Assembly (NCBI GenBank): GCA_045602215.1
Contig: JAZSBE010000011.1
Coordinates: 12,203 to 76,202, forward strand
Source: Eubacteriales bacterium
GTDB taxonomy: Bacteria > Bacillota > Clostridia > Oscillospirales > CAG-272
Direction of reading: 5' to 3'
Length of the DNA: 64,000 nucleotides
This document shows positions 9,784 to 17,962 of the stretch, one piece after another. Each line of letters begins with the position of its first letter. The first letter of the stretch is position 1. The notes beneath the pieces are model-generated. The model saw only the letters and a program-made list of their open reading frames with translations, was not told where the DNA came from and did not search any database. The position numbers were made by a program, and so were the translations under genes.

Positions 9784-11112
9784 ATGGTTACGATGAGATA
9801 TACTTTTCGCGGCGGTTTTCATGTGGAAGAGCATAAAAACACGGCGGATCGGTCGATCATGCGGCTGGCGGCGCCCCCGCAGGTCTTCATCCCTCTGTTA
9901 CAGCACATCGGCGCGCCCTGTGTTGCGCGTGTTGCGGTCGGGGATCGCGTTTTGCGCGGTCAGGTGATCGGCGAAGTGGAAAACGGTCTTGGCTGTCCCG
10001 TTCACAGCAGTATTTCGGGGACCGTGAGTGCCATCAGAAGCCAGCGCAGTGCAAACGGCGCCGAGGTCATGCAGGTGGTCATCGATAACGATTTCAAAAA
10101 TGAAACCGTGCCGTCGATCGCGCCGACGGGCCGCTTGGTCGGCGATCTTTCTGTCGAAGAATCCATAGAACTGATCCGTGCGGCAGGTATTGCGGGCATG
10201 GGCGGCGCGACCTTCCCGACGCATGCCAAGATCAGAAGCGCATTCGGAAAGGTGGATACGTTGATCGTCAACGCCGCCGAGTGCGAGCCGTACATCACAG
10301 CTAATCACCGTCTGGTGCTTGAAGACCCCGATGCCGTTCTGAACGGCGCGCGTGTGCTTGCACACGTCTTTGGACTGTCATCTTCGATCATCGCCATTGA
10401 GGACAACAAGCAAAACGCGGTCAAAGTGCTGGAAGGGCTGACCGAGGATACCGACGATATTTCGGTCAAGGTCGTCAAGACCAAGTATCCGCAGGGTGAT
10501 GAACGTCAGCTTATTTATGCGTTACTTCGCCGCGAGATCCCCGCGGGTAAGTTGCCGGCAGATGTTGGTTGCGTGATCTTCAATGCCGAAACGGTGGCGG
10601 CGGTCTGGTCCGCCTTTTCGCTGAACAAGCCTCTGTATGAACGAATCGTCACGGTGGACGGCGACTGCGTGAAAAATCCCGGCAACTTCCTCGTGCCGAT
10701 CGGAACGCCTTTCAGCGCACTCATTGAAGCGGCAGGCGGTCTTTCGGACACACCCGCACGCTTGATTGCAGGCGGACCCATGATGGGCTTTGCTCAATGG
10801 GATATCGAAACGCCCGTAACCAAAGGGACAAGCGCTCTGCTCGTTCTGAGTCGGGAAACGGGTGACGTCGTCGGTGCCGCCGAGTGCATCCGTTGCGGCA
10901 GATGCGTCAAAAGCTGTCCGATGCGCTTGATGCCCAACTACATTGCCGCCTTCTCCCGTCGCGGTGAATATGACCGCGCCGAAGAGTTTGGTGCGAGAAG
11001 CTGTGTCGAGTGCGGCACTTGCTCTTACGTGTGTCCTGCCCGCGTACCGATCATCCAGTACGTGCGCGTGGCAAAATTCAACCTGAATGCTCGCCGTCGG
11101 GCAAAATCGTGA
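9784..11112 (+). CDS. rnfC: Rnf electron-transport complex subunit C
   Basis: 442 aa, with an alternative ATG at 9793 (MRYTFRGGFHV). The SLBB/NADH-binding region is present, as are two 4Fe-4S motifs (CIRCGRCVKSCP and CVECGTCSYVCP). Confidence 0.93.
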   Translation: MVTMRYTFRGGFHVEEHKNTADRSIMRLAAPPQVFIPLLQHIGAPCVARVAVGDRVLRGQVIGEVENGLGCPVHSSISGTVSAIRSQRSANGAEVMQVVIDNDFKNETVPSIAPTGRLVGDLSVEESIELIRAAGIAGMGGATFPTHAKIRSAFGKVDTLIVNAAECEPYITANHRLVLEDPDAVLNGARVLAHVFGLSSSIIAIEDNKQNAVKVLEGLTEDTDDISVKVVKTKYPQGDERQLIYALLRREIPAGKLPADVGCVIFNAETVAAVWSAFSLNKPLYERIVTVDGDCVKNPGNFLVPIGTPFSALIEAAGGLSDTPARLIAGGPMMGFAQWDIETPVTKGTSALLVLSRETGDVVGAAECIRCGRCVKSCPMRLMPNYIAAFSRRGEYDRAEEFGARSCVECGTCSYVCPARVPIIQYVRVAKFNLNARRRAKS

Positions 11113-11121
11113 GGTGATTTC

Positions 11122-12246
11122 ATGGAAACAAAAGTTAACTCGCAAACCGCGGAAGTCCAAGCTGACGAAAAGGCAGGGAAGGTTTTCCCCGACATTCTGA
11201 CCGTCGCGCCTTCTCCGCACATCCGTCACAAGGATACGACTTTGCGCCTGATGAATACCGTCACGCTGGCACTTCTGCCCGCGCTCATTTTCGGGATCGT
11301 TCTGTGTTTTATGACCGATGTTGAGTACGGCATCCGATCGATTCTCTTGCTTGTTCTCTCTGCACTGTCCTGCGTTCTTTTTGAATGGGGCTTTTGCCGA
11401 CTGACTAAGCGACCCGTCACGGTCTGCGACGGATCTGCCGTCGTCACGGGTGTCCTGCTCGCCATGAACGTTTCACCCACCTTGCCGCCCTGGCAGATCG
11501 TGATCGGCGCATTTTTCGCCATCGTCGTTGTCAAAGAACTTTTCGGCGGCATCGGCAAAAACATCGTGAACCCCGCGCTGGCAGCACGCGTCTTTCTCTT
11601 CTTTTCTTATCCCGACAGTATGTCCTCTTTTCCTGCGCTCAAGAATGCAGTCACACTTGACGGCGGTGCGGGCGCAACTCCGCTCACCGCACTGAAGGGC
11701 GCTCTTGATGCTTCGCTTGAAGCGGTTGAAAGCGGAGCGCAAACTTCACTTGACATTACGTTGCTGACGTCGGGTGTCGATTATCTTGATATGTTTTTCG
11801 GATTCAAAAACGGCTGTATCGGAGAGATCAGCGTTTGTCTTCTTCTGCTCGGCGGTCTGTTTTTGATCTGGCGACGTGTGATCACGTGGCACATCCCCGT
11901 CGCTTATATTGCAACCGTCGCGCTGATTACCTTCCTGTTCCCGCTTGGAGGGGCATCCGGACTTGACTTCATGCTCTTGCATCTTTTGTCGGGCGGCTTG
12001 ATGCTCGGTGCATTTTTCATGGCGACCGACTATGCAACTTCGCCCGTGACCGCGCGCGGCAGATTGCTGTACGGTTGCATTTGCGGTGTCATCACGGTGC
12101 TCATCCGCTATTTCGGCGCATATCCCGAGGGCGTTTCCTTCTCGATCCTGATTGCCAATCTTTTGGTTTATTACATCGATAAAGTCACCAAGCCCCGCCG
12201 TTTCGGCAGCCGTCCTTACGTGAAAAAGGAGGAAAAAGCGTCATGA
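11122..12246 (+). CDS. rnfD: Rnf complex subunit D
   Basis: 374 aa, polytopic. It carries the FMN-attachment motif SGGLMLGAFFMATDYATSP. Confidence 0.93.
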   Translation: METKVNSQTAEVQADEKAGKVFPDILTVAPSPHIRHKDTTLRLMNTVTLALLPALIFGIVLCFMTDVEYGIRSILLLVLSALSCVLFEWGFCRLTKRPVTVCDGSAVVTGVLLAMNVSPTLPPWQIVIGAFFAIVVVKELFGGIGKNIVNPALAARVFLFFSYPDSMSSFPALKNAVTLDGGAGATPLTALKGALDASLEAVESGAQTSLDITLLTSGVDYLDMFFGFKNGCIGEISVCLLLLGGLFLIWRRVITWHIPVAYIATVALITFLFPLGGASGLDFMLLHLLSGGLMLGAFFMATDYATSPVTARGRLLYGCICGVITVLIRYFGAYPEGVSFSILIANLLVYYIDKVTKPRRFGSRPYVKKEEKAS

Positions 12247-12797
12247 AGCATTTTTTGAAAATCTGTATTGTTCTGATGCTCGTCTGTACCTTGATGGCAA
12301 CGGCACTTGCCGTCATCAACGGTATCACCGATCCTCTGATCGAAAAGAACGAAAAAGAAAAACGCGCAGAGATCCTGTCTTCCTTCTTTCCTGACATGGA
12401 AGGTGAGTATGAAACGCTCGATTCCGAAGTTGACGGCGTGTCCTGCGTTTACGCAGTCCGCGGCGGCGAAGGACTTCTTCTCGGTTACTGTGCCGAAGTC
12501 ACCAAAGTCGGCTACGCAGGCGACGTCAATATGATGGTCGCATTGACACCCGATCAGAAGATTCTCGGTGTCAGTTTGGTTTCTCACAGCGAAACAAAAG
12601 GTCTTTCCGACAAGAAGCTGGCAAACATCCTTTGCGATAGCTTTGAAGGCAAGGAAGGACAACAAAAACTTACAAGCAGCGGCGGTGAGATCGATGGGAT
12701 CGCAGGTGCGACGTATAGTTCGCGCGCCGTGCTTGAAGGCGTAAACGCCGCCGTTGAAGCGGTGAGTATTCTGGAGGAAGGAGGCAAGCAGGCATGA
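12243..12797 (+). CDS. rnfG: Rnf complex subunit G
   Basis: 184 aa with an N-terminal anchor and the FMN-binding motif GIAGATYSSRAV. Its start forms an ATGA overlap with rnfD. Confidence 0.9.
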   Translation: MKHFLKICIVLMLVCTLMATALAVINGITDPLIEKNEKEKRAEILSSFFPDMEGEYETLDSEVDGVSCVYAVRGGEGLLLGYCAEVTKVGYAGDVNMMVALTPDQKILGVSLVSHSETKGLSDKKLANILCDSFEGKEGQQKLTSSGGEIDGIAGATYSSRAVLEGVNAAVEAVSILEEGGKQA

Positions 12798-13462
12798 AAA
12801 AATCTTCCTTTTTGCTGACGCATCTGCGTGAAGGGTTGATTGATAAAAACCCCGTGCTCGTGCAGTTGCTCGGTATGTGTCCGACGCTTGCCATGAGTGA
12901 TTCTCTTGATAAAGCGGTCGGTATGGGACTTGCCGCCACGGCAGTTCTTATCTGCTCAAACTTTCTGATTTCTCTTTTGCGGAAATTCATTCCGAAAGAA
13001 GTGCGGATTGCCGCATACATCGTCATCATTGCGGGCTTTGTGACGGCAGTACAAATGCTGATGAATGCATTTTTGCCCTCGCTTTACGAGTCGCTCGGCA
13101 CTTTCCTTGCGCTCATCGTCGTCAACTGTATCATCCTTGCACGCGCCGAAGCCTTTGCCTCGAAAAACAAACCGTTGCCTTCTGCCTGGGACGGCGTTTG
13201 CATGGGTCTTGGCTTTACGTTCGCGCTTTCTTTGTTGGCGTTCGGTCGTGAGCTTATCGGAAAAGGTACGCTTTTCGGTCGCGAGATTCCTTTTCTGACC
13301 GAAGCCTACACCCCCATGGCAATGCTTTCGGCTGCACCCGGTGCGTTCATCGCGCTCGGTTGCCTGATCGCACTCATGAAGTATCTCGTTCGCCGTCAGA
13401 AAAAAGCGGCGAAGGCACGTCAAGAGAAAATGACTGCCGAAGAAGTGAAGGAGGTGGCGTAA
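12794..13462 (+). CDS. rnfE: Rnf complex subunit E
   Basis: 222 aa, 6 TM helices, with the RnfA/E-family signature NPVLVQLLGMCPTLA. Confidence 0.9.
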   Translation: MKKSSFLLTHLREGLIDKNPVLVQLLGMCPTLAMSDSLDKAVGMGLAATAVLICSNFLISLLRKFIPKEVRIAAYIVIIAGFVTAVQMLMNAFLPSLYESLGTFLALIVVNCIILARAEAFASKNKPLPSAWDGVCMGLGFTFALSLLAFGRELIGKGTLFGREIPFLTEAYTPMAMLSAAPGAFIALGCLIALMKYLVRRQKKAAKARQEKMTAEEVKEVA

Positions 13463-14071
13463 ATGACAACGATTATTTCCATCATGATTGCGGCTCTCCT
13501 GACCGACAACTTCATTTTCTCGCGTTTTTACGGTTGCTGTCCCTTCCTCGGTGTTTCGGATAAACCCTCGACTGCGCTCGGTATGGGTTGTGCCGTCACT
13601 TTCGTCATGTCGCTGTCGGGTGCCGCCACTTACGCCATTTATCATGCATTTTTGATGCCGAGCACCTTGAACGGCAATCATGACCTGACTTTTTTGCAGA
13701 CCATTGCCTTCATTCTCGTGATTGCCGTTCTCGTGCAGTTCATCGAGATGTTCCTGCGCCGCTACATTCCCGCCCTTTACGGCGCACTCGGCATTTTCCT
13801 GCCCCTCATCACCACCAACTGTGCGGTGCTGGGTGCGGCGCTTGAGCACGTCAATCGCGGCTACGATTTCGTGCAGTCTGTGGTTTACTGTGCGTTTGCG
13901 GGTATGGGCTTTACGTTGGCGATTACGGTTTTTGCGGGTGTGCGCGAAAAGATGGTGCTTTCCTCGCCTCCCAGACCGTTCCGCGGGTTCCCCTTGACTC
14001 TGATTGCGGCAGGCTTGCTTGCGATGGCATTCACGGGCTTTTCGGGGCTTGACGTTATGAAATATCTTTGA
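13463..14071 (+). CDS. rnfA: Rnf complex subunit A
   Basis: 202 aa, 6 TM helices, paralogous to RnfE (NFIFSRFYGCCPFLGVS). Confidence 0.9.
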   Translation: MTTIISIMIAALLTDNFIFSRFYGCCPFLGVSDKPSTALGMGCAVTFVMSLSGAATYAIYHAFLMPSTLNGNHDLTFLQTIAFILVIAVLVQFIEMFLRRYIPALYGALGIFLPLITTNCAVLGAALEHVNRGYDFVQSVVYCAFAGMGFTLAITVFAGVREKMVLSSPPRPFRGFPLTLIAAGLLAMAFTGFSGLDVMKYL

Positions 14072-14089
14072 TTCGGGAGGACGAGAGTT

Positions 14090-14917
14090 ATGGATTATTT
14101 GATTCCCGCACTTTTGTTCGCCCTGATGGGTCTTTGCTTTGCTTTGCTTCTGGCAATCGCATCACGCGTGTTTGCGATCAAGCAGGATCCGCGCATTGCC
14201 GAGCTGACCGAATGTTTGCCCGGTGCCAATTGCGGCGGTTGCGGCTATACGGGTTGTGAAGCGTATGCTGAGGCTGTTGCCAAAGGGGAAGCCGAAATCG
14301 GCGCATGCAATCCCGGCGGTACGGCGACGGCGAAAGCCATGGGCGCGATCATGGGTGTTGAAGTCGGTGAGGTCGTGCGCCTTCGCGCACAAGTTATGTG
14401 TTCGGGTGTATTGGGAGCCGCCAAGATCAAGTATCATTATGCAGGCGCGCCCGATTGCACGTCTGCCGCACGGTTGGGCGGCGGCGACAAGCTTTGCCCG
14501 AACGGTTGCATTGGCCTTGGAAGTTGTGTCACTGTCTGTCCTTCCAATGCGATCAGCGTCAAAAACGGCGTTGCGTACGTAGAGCCCTCTCTTTGCAGTG
14601 CCTGCGGCGTTTGTGTCAATACCTGTCCTAAGAATATCATTCGTCTTGTTCCTTATGATTCGCCCTATTTTGTCGGCTGTTCTTCGACCGATAAGGGCGC
14701 ACAAACGCGTGCATACTGTTCGGTCGGTTGCATCGGATGTAAGATTTGTGAACGCGCATGCGAGGCAGATGCCATCCATGTTGACGGCGCACTTGCTTCG
14801 ATCGATTACGGCAAATGCACGGGTTGCGGCGCTTGTGTTGCCAAGTGCCCACGCAAGATCATCCACAGCGTGAGCGAAGACGGTGAAAAGAAGACCGTGG
14901 TATGCGTTACGGCGTAA
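14090..14917 (+). CDS. rnfB: Rnf complex subunit B (polyferredoxin)
   Basis: 275 aa with an N-terminal TM helix, a CGGCGYTGC cluster and several CxxCxxCxxxCP ferredoxin motifs. Confidence 0.9.
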   Translation: MDYLIPALLFALMGLCFALLLAIASRVFAIKQDPRIAELTECLPGANCGGCGYTGCEAYAEAVAKGEAEIGACNPGGTATAKAMGAIMGVEVGEVVRLRAQVMCSGVLGAAKIKYHYAGAPDCTSAARLGGGDKLCPNGCIGLGSCVTVCPSNAISVKNGVAYVEPSLCSACGVCVNTCPKNIIRLVPYDSPYFVGCSSTDKGAQTRAYCSVGCIGCKICERACEADAIHVDGALASIDYGKCTGCGACVAKCPRKIIHSVSEDGEKKTVVCVTA

Positions 14918-15045
14918 CCTTTAGTCAAAAATTGATAAAAAGTCAAGACCATCGGTTCAACCATATCGCAAATCCGGAAAGGGATTTATATCGCTGGGGC
15001 TATCTCAAATTACTTTTTTGAGATAGTTGCCTATGCAAAAACAAC

Positions 15046-15086
15046 AAAAAATCAAGGTCATCTCAACGAATGGCCTTGATTTTTTG
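15046..15086. terminator. bidirectional terminator between the rnf operon (+) and the lipoprotein gene (-)
   Basis: Reads aaaaa-atcaaggtcat-ctcaacga-atggccttgat-ttttt. A second hairpin (ctatctcaa..ttgagatag) lies at about 14998-15027. Confidence 0.7.
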
Positions 15087-15196
15087 TTTGAGTTGCACAT
15101 AGCGTTCACAGTTTGTTATGCCATGAAACAGCCCCTGTTGGCGTCCTTTGCGTTTTGTTTGGTGACCGAAATAGATGACATTGTTTTATATGAGAT

Positions 15197-16681
15197 CTAT
15201 CCGTTCTTGGAATTGCCGTTTTGAAGCTGCTCAATGATCGCATCGTATGATACGGCGTTTTCATCAAGTCTTACCGCCTTTGAAAAATCAAAAGCCGAGT
15301 TGATGGCATTATTATAGTCGGCTTCGCTTACGGGCATATCGTCTATAAAATACTCACAATAAATATCATATTCTTGGTTCCCAATATGCTGATATCTTTC
15401 CGTATACCTTGCGTTCAAGGTTTTGGAAAAACCATTCTCGTTAAGCTTATATACTTCGTCGTAATAAAGCCCCATATGACCGTTTTGATTGATTATATTT
15501 CCACTTTTCTCAATATACTTTCCGCCACCTGTACGACTCAAATACTGATATATAACAATATCATTTTTGAAAGAACAAATCATATCGCCTTCAGCTTCGC
15601 TTGCACCACGCAAATATAGCTCGGGAATATCATCCCCGTCAATAAAAACAAGCGCAAATAAATAATGAGAGTCCTTTTTGTCTTTCAAAAAATTCAAATA
15701 TGCTTTTTTACAATCGGCAAGTGTCTGTTCCTCGGTTTTATCAGCCGTGGACGGAGCTGTATCAAAACGAATAAACTGTTGTTCGGAATTGACCAAAGCG
15801 TCCGCCATTGCCGAAATAGCTTCGCTTTTTGTTTCTGTGTTGATTGTGTTCCAATATACAATTTTTATTTGAGTTTCCTCTATTTCTTCATAATTGTTTT
15901 TAAACTGATTTTTTTGCTTTTCAAACTCTGCCTTGTCGACCTCGTTGCCATCGCAATAATAGCGCTTATTATTCTCGGCAGACGTTACCTCTTGGAAAAG
16001 AACGTCAAACTTGAATTGGTCGTTTAATGTCGATGTGATCGTATACCCTTCCAATCCGTCGCGAAGAGAGCCTTCATTGACGATAAGATAGTTTCCGTCA
16101 TTATTTCTGTACACACAAAGATATACGTTATTCCAATCTTTATAATGAGGTGTATCTCCGAGCACGCATAACATCTCACCGTCTTCAAGATCATACGCAA
16201 CAACACAGACGTTGCCCATAGATCCGCCTGAGTAAGCGACAACGATTTCGGGGGTATTATCAAAGTTCAAATCCATTAAAGCAACGCCTAAACACCCATA
16301 TTCTATTCGTTCATAATAATCATCTGCAGAGAGTACATTTATAATTTTTTCTTTCCACAATGATCGTTCTTGGTTTGAAATAAAAGCATATTGGGCAACA
16401 AAAGCAGGGTCTTCGCCACCGCAAACCGAACACACACCCGAGGAATAAGAGTGACTTAATACCGTTCCCTCTGTTTGACTACAAACAGAACATGTCTTGG
16501 GTGCGGTGCAGGTCGCTGCGACATACGTATGCCCTAAAGACGTTCCCTCTGTTTGATTACAAACAGAACACGTCTTGGGTGCGGTGCAGGTCGCAGATTT
16601 CCATTCATGCTCATGCCCACAAGAGGCAAATACTAACACAAGAGCCACCAAAAGCGTAGAAATCCATAAAATTTTCTTCAT
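15197..16681 (-). CDS. lipoprotein with duplicated ATCTAPKTCSVC Cys-motif modules (function unknown)
   Basis: 494 aa with a lipobox signal peptide (MKKILWISTLLVALVLVFASC). Two 26-aa repeats (HxW/Y..ATCTAPKTCSVC(N/S)QTEG) are followed by a third CSVCG. The gene is AT-rich, and GGAGGA lies 9 nt upstream. Confidence 0.8.
   Translation of the reverse strand: MKKILWISTLLVALVLVFASCGHEHEWKSATCTAPKTCSVCNQTEGTSLGHTYVAATCTAPKTCSVCSQTEGTVLSHSYSSGVCSVCGGEDPAFVAQYAFISNQERSLWKEKIINVLSADDYYERIEYGCLGVALMDLNFDNTPEIVVAYSGGSMGNVCVVAYDLEDGEMLCVLGDTPHYKDWNNVYLCVYRNNDGNYLIVNEGSLRDGLEGYTITSTLNDQFKFDVLFQEVTSAENNKRYYCDGNEVDKAEFEKQKNQFKNNYEEIEETQIKIVYWNTINTETKSEAISAMADALVNSEQQFIRFDTAPSTADKTEEQTLADCKKAYLNFLKDKKDSHYLFALVFIDGDDIPELYLRGASEAEGDMICSFKNDIVIYQYLSRTGGGKYIEKSGNIINQNGHMGLYYDEVYKLNENGFSKTLNARYTERYQHIGNQEYDIYCEYFIDDMPVSEADYNNAINSAFDFSKAVRLDENAVSYDAIIEQLQNGNSKNG
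16464..16594 (-). repeat. tandem 78-nt duplication inside the lipoprotein gene (53-nt cores at 16464-16516 and 16542-16594, 2 mismatches)
   Basis: The core gttccctctgtttga(c/t)tacaaacagaaca(t/c)gtcttgggtgcggtgcaggtcgc occurs twice. It encodes the repeated Cys motif. Confidence 0.85.
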
Positions 16682-16882
16682 TGTTCTTTTCCTCCAAAAG
16701 CAACAAAGTATTCAAACCATATTGACAAACGAAAAAATCAAAGTATATAAATTATAGCTTATATCGAATTAAAGATCAATAGTTCAAAAAAGAACATCCT
16801 TTAAGCAAAAGGCAAAGACCTCTTTCGTTTTGGAAAACTCATTTTACAGAAAAACCATAAAACTAAGATAAATCCTTGAAAA

Positions 16883-17238
16883 CTATTTGTTTGCATTCTG
16901 TTTTGCTGTCTGAACAGAGCGAACAAGCAAAAATCTTATAGTTGAACAGGTCTTGTCAAGTGCTTTGTGTCTTGCTTCATCAATATAATCACTTTTCAAA
17001 GCATTTCAAGCCACTTGCTTGTTTCGTTGGTTTCTTTAAGAGCAATTTCGAGCTTCGATATAAAATCCTTTTTGCCTTGTGCATACTGTGCTTCGTGGAT
17101 ATTTGCGCCGATAGATGTACCGCTTCTGCCGATTTGGTTTGCAATAATGGTTTCGTGATTCGCTTTTAGAAACCTAACAAGGTTTATAATGTCAACGGAA
17201 AAATCCATTGAAAGCTCGACAAGTTTGTTTTCTTTCAT
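16883..17238 (-). pseudogene. four-helix-bundle protein gene (23S rRNA intervening-sequence protein family) disrupted by a 1-nt frameshift near 16997-16999
   Basis: The ORF track gives 16996..17238 (80 aa), ending ..ALKETNETSKWLEML*. In the -1 frame it continues as LKSDYIDEARHKALDKTCSTIRFLLVRSVQTAKQNANK* down to the TAG at 16883-16885, which matches the usual family C-terminus. The break lies in a short T-run (cttTGaaaag). Confidence 0.7.
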
Positions 17239-17259
17239 AGTAGTATCTCCTTTTTTGCT

Positions 17260-17288
17260 ATTATATCACAAAATCGCATGTCTGTCAA
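17260..17288 (-). promoter_or_regulatory. sigma-A-type promoter (TTGACA-17-TATAAT) of the four-helix-bundle gene
   Basis: Minus strand reads TTGACAgacatgcgattttgtgaTATAATagcaaaaaaGGAGatactactATG. Confidence 0.6.
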
Positions 17289-17460
17289 ATGATGCATCGC
17301 CTGCGGCGATATGATGCATTTGCTTCGCAAATATGATGTTGCTCCACTGCGTTCCGCAATGATGCGATGTTTGCCATAAAATGTGGCGAAGCCACACATC
17401 ATTAGGCGAAGCCGTCATCATTGGCGAAGCCTACATCATTTGCCGCAGGCAAACATCATT
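17288..17460. repeat. array of about 8 degenerate ~20-nt units (AATGATG-n3-5-GC(C/T)T(C/G)CG..), four direct then four inverted, forming a long imperfect palindrome
   Basis: Forward units: aatgatgcatcgcctgcggcg / atgatgcatttgcttcgca / atgatgttgctcc.. / atgatgcgatgtttgcc. Inverted units: ggcgaagccacacatcatt / aggcgaagccgtcatcatt / ggcgaagcctacatcatt / tgccgcaggcaaacatcatt. Confidence 0.8.
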
Positions 17461-17461
17461 C

Positions 17462-17502
17462 AAAAAAGCTTAATTTGTCCGGTAGACAAATTAGGCTTTT
17501 TT
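17462..17502. terminator. bidirectional hairpin terminator downstream of tRNA-Gln
   Basis: Reads aaaaaa-gcttaatttgtc-cggta-gacaaattaggc-tttttt. Confidence 0.75.
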
Positions 17503-17504
17503 GT

Positions 17505-17580
17505 TGGCTGCGGCACTAGGATTCGAACCTAGGTAATGACGGAGTCAGAGTCCGTTGCCTTACCGCTTGGCGATGCCGCA
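17505..17580 (-). tRNA. tRNA-Gln (anticodon CUG), CCA encoded
   Basis: Minus strand reads UGCGGCAUCGCCAAGCGGUAAGGCAACGGACUCUGACUCCGUCAUUACCUAGGUUCGAAUCCUAGUGCCGCAGCCA. It has a 7-bp acceptor stem, anticodon arm ACGGA/CUCUGAC/UCCGU and T arm CUAGG/UUCGAAU/CCUAG. It is very similar to E. coli tRNA-Gln. Confidence 0.93.
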
Positions 17581-17592
17581 TTAACAGATGAT

Positions 17593-17621
17593 ATTATAGC
17601 AGATTCGGGGGCGTTTGTCAA
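17593..17621 (-). promoter_or_regulatory. sigma-A-type promoter of tRNA-Gln (TTGACA-17-TATAAT)
   Basis: Minus strand reads TTGACAaacgcccccgaatctgcTATAAT, ending about 12 nt before the tRNA 5' end. An A-rich UP-like tract lies upstream. Confidence 0.65.
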
Positions 17622-17962
17622 GTGTTTTTTTGCTTTTTCTTATATTTTTTTCGAGTTTTTTGCTTTTATTCCTTTTCTTCGAAAAAAACGTTTCTTCGCG
17701 TCCTTTTCTCGGGATCATTTTCGTTTCTTTTCAAAAATATACCGATTTTTCCTTTGCGCAAAGTATGATTTGAGGGCGATCGGAAACACTATCATCAAGC
17801 GTCGCGACGGGCGCGCGTGGCGTTTCTTTTTCTGTTTTGCGATCACAAAATTTGGATGCATGATGTAATTTTGTTAGACATGAAAGCACGGAAATCGGGC
17901 AAATTAGTAACAGCAATTCATGCGGGTTGCATTTGACAAAGCAAAAAGGGATGGAAAGGGAA

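Noticed and set aside
14918-15200. A search for a direct repeat of the tRNA-Gln 3' end (ggattcgaacc..) that would mark the far border of an integrated island.
   Set aside because: The only resemblance is weak (ggttcaacc at about 14955). That is not enough to call an att site.
16990-17005. The CTT TGA context at the break in the four-helix-bundle gene resembles the RF2 (prfB) programmed +1 frameshift site CUU UGA.
   Set aside because: The continuation is in the -1 (= +2) frame, not +1. The +1 frame hits TGA after two codons, and there is no upstream SD-like stimulator. A 1-nt deletion or read error in a T-run is the simpler explanation.
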